From: Myxococcota bacterium
GTDB lineage: Bacteria; Myxococcota_A; UBA796; SXON01
Length of the DNA stretch: 64,000 bases
Assembly: GCA_040386535.1 (NCBI GenBank)
Contig: JAZKFH010000013.1
Coordinates: forward strand, 224,577 to 288,576
Direction of reading: 5' to 3'
In this document: positions 57,119-64,000 of the stretch, piece after piece
How positions within the stretch are numbered: the stretch's first letter is position 1
Layout: each line of letters opens with the position of its first letter
Program-made: the position numbers and the translations under genes
Notes under the pieces: generated by a model
Databases searched by the model: none
The model's input: only the letters and a program-made list of their open reading frames with translations
What the model was told of the DNA's origin: nothing

Positions 57119-58678
57119 ATGCCCGGCAAGAGCAGTGTTCGTGAAGTCCTCGAAGCCCTCGGGCGCACTTCCGGTGGAATGAAGCAGAGAAGCGACGCGG
57201 TCGCGCTGCTCGGCATCCAGGTCGGCCGGGTCCAGGGGGCCAACGAGTTCGCGACGGTCGAGTCGCTGAGCGAGATCCGGGACGGCGCGCTCGAGGCCCT
57301 GAAGAACACCGCCACCTTGGGTACGACGGACGAGGTCGTCCAGTCCCACCGCCGGGCGCTCGACGACGTGATGCAGCCCCTCATCCGCCTGATCGACAAC
57401 CGCGTGATCGAGGCGCGCAAGGCGCAGAAGGTGGGCCCGGAGAAGAAGAAGGCGGAGCCCGTCGTGGAGCCCGTCGTACAGCCCCTCGTGGAGAACGTCC
57501 CGGTCGTCCCGTTGCCGACAGGCCGGTCGAACATCCGCGCCGGGCTCCTGGGGGGCGACCTCAAGGACAAGATGAAGGAGCCGACGTTCCTCGGGGAGGT
57601 GAAGACCTGGCTGAGCAAGGCGGATCCGAGCGACCCGGAGGAGCGCAAGGACATGGTCGCGGCGATCAAGGCCATGGACCCGAGCGACCACGCGTCGCGC
57701 AAGGAGGCCTTCGAGCTCACCTTCGGGACGAAGATCCTCAAGAGCGAGGCGCGCACCTACGAGCCCGTCCTGCTCAGGAGCGGGAAGCCCTCCATGCAAG
57801 GGGGCAAGCCCGTGATGCGCGAGAAGCTGGACACCGACGCGCCGCTCAACCCGAAGGCGCTGGACGTGATGGCGACCGTGATGGCGGAGCTGCCCGCAGA
57901 GCACATGCCGAAGGGCTGGATGTTCGAGGGGCAGAACGCGGACTCCGCCACGCGCGGCTCCTACGACGACGACACCGACAAGGCCCAGATCCGGTTCTCC
58001 CTGCTCGACGCGGACGCCGACTTCGACGCCGACTACGCCGCGAACTGTGAGCCGGGCGACCCGCTCGCGAAGGCCAAGGCCTTCGACCTCATCGTGCGAC
58101 ACGAGTGCGGGCACAAGGCGGCCAGCCTGGTCCCCCTCGACGAGCTCACCGGCGCGGAGATGGGCGGCGCCTGGGTGCACCACGACACCGTCAAGAACGT
58201 GATCGACGCGCTGTCGGACACGTTCCAGGACTTCGTGACCAAGGTGCAGAAGGAGGGCGTGCCCGACGCCCCCACCATCCGGAAGGCCGTGGAGAACCCC
58301 GAGCTCGGCTTCGACGCCGGCGCCATCGCAGAGGCGCTCAAGCTGCCCGAGGACCGGGTGCCCGCGGACCACGTGCTCCTCCAGGTGCTCCAGCAGGGCG
58401 CGTTCAAGAAGTACCTGGTGGGGAGCAACCCCGTCGCCGTGGGCGATCGGATCTTCCTCATCGGCGGGCCCGCCGAGGGCAGCTGGCACAGCTTCTCGAA
58501 GACCGCCTGGGCGAAGCGCGTGTCCCTCTACCAGTACGCCGCCCCCAACGAGTGGTTCGCCGAGTTCTACGCCACGGCCAACAACGGGGACGAGGGCATC
58601 CGCGCCAAGGCGAAGGAGCACTACCCCGCCGCCTGGAAGTGGATGAACGAGCACAACTGCATCGTCGTCGGCCGATAG
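57119..58678 (+). CDS. Hypothetical protein with a zincin-like (HExxH...E) metallopeptidase domain
   Basis: ATG 57119; RGSY..., VRHECGH, and distal VSLYQ..APNEWFAEFY; no signal peptide. Confidence 0.65.
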   Translation: MPGKSSVREVLEALGRTSGGMKQRSDAVALLGIQVGRVQGANEFATVESLSEIRDGALEALKNTATLGTTDEVVQSHRRALDDVMQPLIRLIDNRVIEARKAQKVGPEKKKAEPVVEPVVQPLVENVPVVPLPTGRSNIRAGLLGGDLKDKMKEPTFLGEVKTWLSKADPSDPEERKDMVAAIKAMDPSDHASRKEAFELTFGTKILKSEARTYEPVLLRSGKPSMQGGKPVMREKLDTDAPLNPKALDVMATVMAELPAEHMPKGWMFEGQNADSATRGSYDDDTDKAQIRFSLLDADADFDADYAANCEPGDPLAKAKAFDLIVRHECGHKAASLVPLDELTGAEMGGAWVHHDTVKNVIDALSDTFQDFVTKVQKEGVPDAPTIRKAVENPELGFDAGAIAEALKLPEDRVPADHVLLQVLQQGAFKKYLVGSNPVAVGDRIFLIGGPAEGSWHSFSKTAWAKRVSLYQYAAPNEWFAEFYATANNGDEGIRAKAKEHYPAAWKWMNEHNCIVVGR

Positions 58679-58758
58679 CCGACAGCGCCCTCTCCCCGCT
58701 CGCTCCGCGAGGCCCCTGGCCTCGGGGATGAGCCAACCAACTCGCTCCGGAGTCCCCT

Positions 58759-59739
58759 TTGGACAAGACCACCCTGACCAAACTGCAGGGCGCCATCGCC
58801 CAGGTGACGGACAAGCCGCAATACTTCGCCTTCATCCCCGCCGCGTCCATCGGCGGCGCGAAGCCGGAGCCGCTGCTGCTGATCAGCAAGCTCGCGCAAC
58901 TCAAGCCGTCCAACGTGGTCGCCCAGGCCAAGACGCTGCTCGGCGTGACGCTCGCCAACGGGGCGAAGCCGATCTACAGCGGCACCGTCCGGAAGGGGAA
59001 GGTCGTGTTCCTCTTCGCGACCGACGCGGCCACCTCGGCCCCGCCGCTGGACATGGGCAAGGCGGCCAAGCAGATCCGTCAGTTCGCGACCACCGCCAGC
59101 CTCGCCCGGCTCAAGGGCTCCGTCATCACGTTGGGTGAGCCGGACGCCGCCGCCATCGCCGAGGGGGAAGGCGCCGAGAAGGATCCCACGCAGCAGCCCC
59201 GCGACACGACGGTGGACGCGTCGGGCGAGGATGAGGCCGAGGAGGAGGGGGCGAGCGAGCAGGCGGACACGTTCGCGGCGCGGCTCCGCAAGCTCAAGGC
59301 CGAGATCTCCGGCTCGCTGAACGCCGAGGTCAAGCAGAAGGCCGGCTTGCTGACCCTGGCCGTCCGGAGCCAGGACTTCGCCGCGGCCAACAAGACCCTC
59401 GACGAGATCGAGGCGCTCCTGGCCGGGCCCGCCGGCGCGAGCGCGGGGGAGGCCGCGCTGGCCGAGTGGCAACGGTCGCGCGCGCAGGTGGTCAAGTCGC
59501 TCAACGTCGTGGCGCAGGACATCGCGAAGGCGCGCCACGCGAGCTCCGCGAAGGCGATCATGGAGATCAAGGCCGTGCTCGCGAACCTCACCGCCGCGCC
59601 CACGACGGAGCGTCAGGTCGAGGAGCTGGAGACCTGGCTGGCGAACGACGAGGTCGTGGCCGACATCTGTGACCTCGCGGACGACTTCCGCGCCCCGCTC
59701 CTCAAGGCGCTCGCGGAGCTCCGGCCGCACGTCGGGTGA
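58759..59739 (+). CDS. Hypothetical two-domain protein (basic N-terminal domain, acidic linker, helical C-terminal domain)
   Basis: TTG after GGAG; 326 aa with strong GC3 bias. Confidence 0.75.
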   Translation: MDKTTLTKLQGAIAQVTDKPQYFAFIPAASIGGAKPEPLLLISKLAQLKPSNVVAQAKTLLGVTLANGAKPIYSGTVRKGKVVFLFATDAATSAPPLDMGKAAKQIRQFATTASLARLKGSVITLGEPDAAAIAEGEGAEKDPTQQPRDTTVDASGEDEAEEEGASEQADTFAARLRKLKAEISGSLNAEVKQKAGLLTLAVRSQDFAAANKTLDEIEALLAGPAGASAGEAALAEWQRSRAQVVKSLNVVAQDIAKARHASSAKAIMEIKAVLANLTAAPTTERQVEELETWLANDEVVADICDLADDFRAPLLKALAELRPHVG

Positions 59740-60383
59740 CGATGTCCCCGCCTCCCTCCAATGAGCTGCTCAACCTCTTCTCCGTGCCCGTGGGTGTGTG
59801 CCGGGACGTGGCGGAGCCGGCCCTGTTGGAGCTGGGCGTGGACTGGATCCTCGGCGAGCGGGAGCGCGACCCGGGGATCCACGTCAGCAACGCGGGCGGG
59901 TGGCACTCGCGGCCCGACCTGCCGAACCGGGAAGAGCCCGTCCTCGACGCGCTCTTCGGCAGCATGGTCGAGGAGGTGCGGCGCTTCCATGGGCGGGTCT
60001 GCCAACCGCCGGACGCGCCCGACGCGCACCTCCGCATCGTCCTGCAGGCGTGGGCCACGGTGATGGAGCGCGGAGACCACGTGCACGTGCACGACCACGC
60101 CGATGCCCACTGGTCCGCCGTTTTGTACCTGGACGCCGGGGAGATGACCGGCGAGACGGACGGCCGGCTCTCCTGGATCAACCCTTCCGGCGGCCACCGC
60201 AACCCACCCGGCCGCCCCCTCTCGGCCACCAGCTTCCACCTGACCCCCGAAGCGGGGCTCCTGGTGATCTTCCCCGGGTGGCTCCGCCATAGCGTGTTCC
60301 CGTACGCCGGCACCCGCCCCCGCGTCGCGCTCGCCGCGAACTTCGAGCTGGCTCCGCGGCGGGGGGCTTCGTCGGGGGGGTGA
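59736..60383 (+). CDS. 2OG-Fe(II) oxygenase, TIGR02466-like
   Basis: SNAGGWHS, AWA, HVHDH..AHWSAVLY, IFPGWL.HSV.P....R..LA.N. Confidence 0.85.
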   Translation: MTMSPPPSNELLNLFSVPVGVCRDVAEPALLELGVDWILGERERDPGIHVSNAGGWHSRPDLPNREEPVLDALFGSMVEEVRRFHGRVCQPPDAPDAHLRIVLQAWATVMERGDHVHVHDHADAHWSAVLYLDAGEMTGETDGRLSWINPSGGHRNPPGRPLSATSFHLTPEAGLLVIFPGWLRHSVFPYAGTRPRVALAANFELAPRRGASSGG

Positions 60384-60437
60384 GCGCCCTTCGCGCGCTC
60401 GGTCCGGGACTGACGGTCAGGCTCCGAGCCCCTCGTT

Positions 60438-61616
60438 CTACGGAACGTCGCTCTGGCCGTACTCCCAGTGGCCCCAGCAGCGCACGTCCGCGTCCGCCGT
60501 ACGCCCGCACACGTGGTAGAAGTCCGTGTCGATGGCGACGTATTCACCCGGCGGCGGCGTCGTGGCACCCCAGCCGCTCGATCCCCAACACTCGACCGTT
60601 CCTTCGGCTGCCAGCGCACAGCTGTAGTCCCAGCCGGCCGCGACCGCGACCCAGGCGCCGGGGGGAGTGTCCCGCACCGCGTCGGCGTCACCCCAGCAGG
60701 CGAGCGTCCCGTCTGTCGCGACCGCGCAGGCGTGATACGCGCCCACCGAGACCGACTGAAAGGCGCCCGCGGGCACGGCTGCGGCGGTGAAGTCCCACCA
60801 GCCCCAGCAGTCGAGCGTGTTGTCGTCCCGCACGCCGCAATGGCCCCAGCCGCCGCCGTCGGTGGAGAGGAATGTCCCCGAGGGGGAGTCCATCGGCACG
60901 CTGTCATCCGACTGGCCCCAACAATCCACCGTGCCCGCGGCGTTCCGGCCGCACGCGTGCCAGCCCCCCGCGCTCACGTCGACGAACGGACCCGCGGGCT
61001 CCCGGCTGATGCCGCTGTCGTCCTGGCCCCAACACTCGGGCGTGCCGTCGGTGTGCAGCACGCAGGTGTGATCGGCGCCGAGGTCGTAGCTGGTGACCGG
61101 GATGCCCGGTGGGACGGCCTGGTCGTAGTCCCAGGAGGTGCCCTCGTCGACCCCGGCGACCGAGCCCAGGCCCCAGCAGGTCACCATCCCGTCGGCGTCC
61201 TGCGCGCACGAGTGGCTTCGGCCGGTGCGAACGCTCTCCCACGCGACGAACCGGCAGGAGGGCTCACACCCATCCTCCGAAACGGCGTTGCCGTCATCAC
61301 ACTGCTCCGTGCCCTGGACGATCCCGTCGGAGCAGACCTCGACGACACACTCGCTCGTGCAGCCGTCGTCCTCGTCCTGATTGTCGTCGTCGCATCCCTC
61401 CCCGCGCTCGGAATCCACGACGCCGTCTCCGCAGAAGGGGTCGGCCGGCCCCGAGTCGTGTCCCCACCCGGTGTCGATCCCGCCGTCGGTGTCGTCGTCT
61501 TCATCCGGATCCGTGTCACTCTCGGCCGCGGTGTCGCCTCCCGTGTCCGGGGGGCCCTCCCGCGGCGAAGTGTCGGCGTCGAGCGTGCAACCGAAGAGCA
61601 GGACGAGCAGGAGCAT
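60438..61616 (-). CDS. Lipoprotein with Myxococcus Cys-rich repeats (DUF4215-like) and RCC1-like repeats
   Basis: LLFGC; CGDG..E.CDD.N...DGC twice; several G..H.C.....G...CWG units. Confidence 0.85.
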   Translation of the reverse strand: MLLLVLLFGCTLDADTSPREGPPDTGGDTAAESDTDPDEDDDTDGGIDTGWGHDSGPADPFCGDGVVDSERGEGCDDDNQDEDDGCTSECVVEVCSDGIVQGTEQCDDGNAVSEDGCEPSCRFVAWESVRTGRSHSCAQDADGMVTCWGLGSVAGVDEGTSWDYDQAVPPGIPVTSYDLGADHTCVLHTDGTPECWGQDDSGISREPAGPFVDVSAGGWHACGRNAAGTVDCWGQSDDSVPMDSPSGTFLSTDGGGWGHCGVRDDNTLDCWGWWDFTAAAVPAGAFQSVSVGAYHACAVATDGTLACWGDADAVRDTPPGAWVAVAAGWDYSCALAAEGTVECWGSSGWGATTPPPGEYVAIDTDFYHVCGRTADADVRCWGHWEYGQSDVP

Positions 61617-61630
61617 GGTCGACCATAGCC

Positions 61631-62422
61631 TCAGCCAACGCGCGATTCAAACACCCGCACGAACTCCCGCGGCGCCCGCTTGGTTCGAGTGCACCGCGTG
61701 GCCGCGTCCATGTAACAAACGGTGAACCCCCGCCGTGGCAAGTCCGTGGTGTTGGGGCCCGACCGGTGCCAGAGGTGGTTGTGCAGGAGCATCACGTCCC
61801 CGGCGCGCACGGGCACGGGGAGCGCGTGGGACTCGGCGTCCGCGGCGGCAGCCTTCTCCTTGGGGACGACGCCGCCGAGCGGGGTGGCGAGGCCGGGGAG
61901 GTGGCTGCGGGGGAACACCTCTACACACCCGGCGACCTTGGGCGCGTCGTCGAGCGCGGTCCAGATCTGGAGCTCCGGGTCCCGCGAGAGGCCCCAGAAG
62001 CGGCCCGCGTCCTGGTGCCACGGTAAATCGCTGCCGGTGCGCGGCGACTTGTTGAAGATGACCGCGCGGTACATCGTCACCGCGCCGGGGAGCACACGCC
62101 GCACGATCCGCTCGAACAGCGGGTTCTGGAGCCACGCGCGGAAGAGGGGATCCAATTCGAGCTTCTCGATCTTGCGGTAGGGTGTGTCCGGGCCCATCCA
62201 CCCCTGGCCGAACGCGAGGTCCTCGTAGCGGCCGCTCGGGGCGTCGGGCTGGAAGAACAGGCCCGGGTAGCTCACCCGCCCCGAGGTGATATCGCTGGCG
62301 CGCGCGCGGAGCGATTCGAGGGTGGTGTCGCTCGCGACGGCGGGCAGCAGCGCCCAGCCCTCGGTGCGATAGGTCGCCAGGGTGTGATCGAGCTCGTCGT
62401 CGTCGAAGGCGCGGCGGAACAT
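61631..62422 (-). CDS. Phytanoyl-CoA dioxygenase (PhyH) family protein
   Basis: ATG 62422; FNK.P, PWHQD, WTALD, GC..V.P.SH, GDV.L....WH.SGPN. Confidence 0.88.
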   Translation of the reverse strand: MFRRAFDDDELDHTLATYRTEGWALLPAVASDTTLESLRARASDITSGRVSYPGLFFQPDAPSGRYEDLAFGQGWMGPDTPYRKIEKLELDPLFRAWLQNPLFERIVRRVLPGAVTMYRAVIFNKSPRTGSDLPWHQDAGRFWGLSRDPELQIWTALDDAPKVAGCVEVFPRSHLPGLATPLGGVVPKEKAAAADAESHALPVPVRAGDVMLLHNHLWHRSGPNTTDLPRRGFTVCYMDAATRCTRTKRAPREFVRVFESRVG

Positions 62423-63402
62423 CAGCGTGCGTACCGCGCGTCGGTGCCCACCAGGTCGACATACACCGCGTCCACGCGGCGGCGGGTCGCCGGGTCGAGA
62501 GGGGCGTCGCGGGCGGCGATGGCGTCGTCGAGGTGGGCCACCGAGCCCGGGCCGACCAGCACGGAGTCGATCCCGGGGTGACGGAGCACGTTGGCATATG
62601 CGAGCGCGAGCAGCGACAGCCCCGCGTCGGCCGCGATGCCACGCAAATCCTCGACCGCCGCGAACAGCGCGCGTTGCCAATACCGGCGCCGATACAGCGT
62701 GTTGCCGTCGAAGCGCGAGCCCTTGGGCGGCGCCTCGTCGAGCTGCCGCACCCCCGCGAGCAGCCCGCCGGCGAGCGGGTTGTACACGGTCGTATGGATC
62801 GGGTGGCGCCGCGCGAACGCGAAGTATTCGATGTCGAGCTGCCGCACGAGCACGTTGTAGAGTTGTTGGGCCACGGCGGGCGGCGGCAGGCCCGCGGCGG
62901 CGGCCAGGGTGCGCAGCTCGAGGATTTGCCACGACGCGAAGTTGGACACACCCCAACGTTGGATCTTCCCGCGTTCGAGCAGCTCCGCGATGCCCGCCAA
63001 CGTGTCCTCCATCGGCGTGTTCGGGTCGGGCGCGTGCAGGTAGTACAGCGCGATCGTGTCGACGCCCAGCCGCCCCAGGCTCTCGTCACACGCCGCCACC
63101 ACGCGGGCCCGTGACAGCCCCTCGGCCTTCCCCGCCGCGCGCCCGAGCCCCACCTTGGTAGCAACGTCGAGGCCCGACCGCCCGCGGAGGAACGCCCCGA
63201 CGATCCGCTCGGACGCGCCGTCCGTGTAGACGTTGGCGGTGTCGAACAGGTCGATGCCGGCGTCGACCGCGCGCGCCATGATCCGCGCGGCGTCGGCCTC
63301 GGCGGTGCGCTTGCCGAAGTTCATCGTGCCGAGGGTGAGCGGCGCGGCGCCCGGGACTGCGTCGGAGGTCGGGGCGCGCGGCGTGAAGTACGGTTCGGAC
63401 AT
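62422..63402 (-). CDS. Aldo/keto reductase
   Basis: LGTMNFG, FDTANVY, ATK, YYLHAPD, GVSNF, YNPLAGGLL. Confidence 0.92.
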   Translation of the reverse strand: MSEPYFTPRAPTSDAVPGAAPLTLGTMNFGKRTAEADAARIMARAVDAGIDLFDTANVYTDGASERIVGAFLRGRSGLDVATKVGLGRAAGKAEGLSRARVVAACDESLGRLGVDTIALYYLHAPDPNTPMEDTLAGIAELLERGKIQRWGVSNFASWQILELRTLAAAAGLPPPAVAQQLYNVLVRQLDIEYFAFARRHPIHTTVYNPLAGGLLAGVRQLDEAPPKGSRFDGNTLYRRRYWQRALFAAVEDLRGIAADAGLSLLALAYANVLRHPGIDSVLVGPGSVAHLDDAIAARDAPLDPATRRRVDAVYVDLVGTDARYAR

Positions 63403-63519
63403 CCCGCCTCCTTAAGCCGCCCGACGCGGTGCTCCCGACGCATCTGTGTCCGGCGGCGCCTCCGCGGCCGGCCTTGCCCCACGCCCGCCCGGGTTTACCT
63501 CCCCTTCGACGGAGGTCCC

Positions 63520-63735
63520 ATCATCGAGATCGGCCGGTCCCTGATCGTCTTCGGCGTCCTCGCGGTGGTGGCCGGCGGCGCCATGCTTCTCGCGGTGCGC
63601 CTCGGCTTGCCGCAGCTCCCGGGCGACATCGTGCTGCACCGCGGCCCCGTCACCTTCGCGTTCCCGATCGCCACGTGCCTCGTGATCAGCGTGGTCCTGA
63701 CGCTGCTCCTGAACCTCTTGTACCGGCCGGCGTAG
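63520..63735 (+). CDS. DUF2905-like small membrane protein; start codon non-canonical (ATC) or uncertain
   Basis: Hand translation IIEIGRSLIVFG...LPGDI.LHRGPVTFAFPIATCLVISVVLTLLLNL; GGAGG at 63511-63515; absent from the ORF track. Confidence 0.75.
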   Translation: MIEIGRSLIVFGVLAVVAGGAMLLAVRLGLPQLPGDIVLHRGPVTFAFPIATCLVISVVLTLLLNLLYRPA

Positions 63736-63926
63736 CGCGGCCGTTGCGTGGATCGATCGTGCGGGGTCCTCCGGGGGCGACCCCGGCCCGCGGACGGTCC
63801 GGGGCCGGCGCCCTGCGCGGTCGGGCTCCGCCCTCCGTCGGCGGGCCGCGCGCCCGCCGACCGGCACGGGCCTTCAACCCGGAGTTGGCCGTCGGCCCGG
63901 AGCCCGAGGGCCGCCCGCGCCGCGCT

Positions 63927-64000
63927 CCGGTCACCTCGCCGCGCACCGGTCACCTCGCCGCGCACCGGTCACCTCGCCGCGCACCGGTCACCTCGCCGCG
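63927..64000. repeat. 19-bp perfect tandem repeat CCGGTCACCTCGCCGCGCA, at least 3.9 copies, running off the window end
   Basis: Units at 63927, 63946, 63965 and 63984 (partial). Confidence 0.95.

Noticed and set aside
63927..64000. Possible CRISPR array
   Set aside because: Repeats are contiguous 19-mers with no spacers, and there are no cas genes in the window

Overview
Very GC-rich (roughly 70%+ by eye), densely coding bacterial chromosome segment. The gene content (TIGR04551-like beta-barrel, Myxococcus-type Cys-rich repeats, CglB-like vWA lipoprotein, many acidic lipoproteins) points to a Myxococcota-like organism (inference). The core is a complete 14-gene complex I operon (nuoA-N, 11955-26021). 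It is followed by a five-gene surface-lipoprotein operon, a Kef K+ efflux pair, a 1964-aa pseudokinase-ATPase-GAF-PAS-HK-REC sensor, a tandem (double) UvrA with two hydrolase lipoproteins, a DEAD-box helicase and several accessory genes. No rRNA, tRNA, CRISPR array, transposase or integrase was recognised. Most notable: (1) a GT4 glycosyltransferase-radical SAM fusion coupled to RNase HI; (2) a circularly permuted lamin-tail domain inserted in a vWA lipoprotein; (3) about 9 genes with a TAnnnT box 5-7 nt before the start codon, suggesting leaderless expression; (4) about 11 lipoproteins with ultra-short signal peptides; (5) a zincin/unknown/2OG-oxygenase islet with its own promoter; (6) a copper-monooxygenase plus CX4CH lipoprotein pair; (7) a DUF2905-like gene with no canonical start codon. 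All family calls are by motif recognition only; no searches were run.
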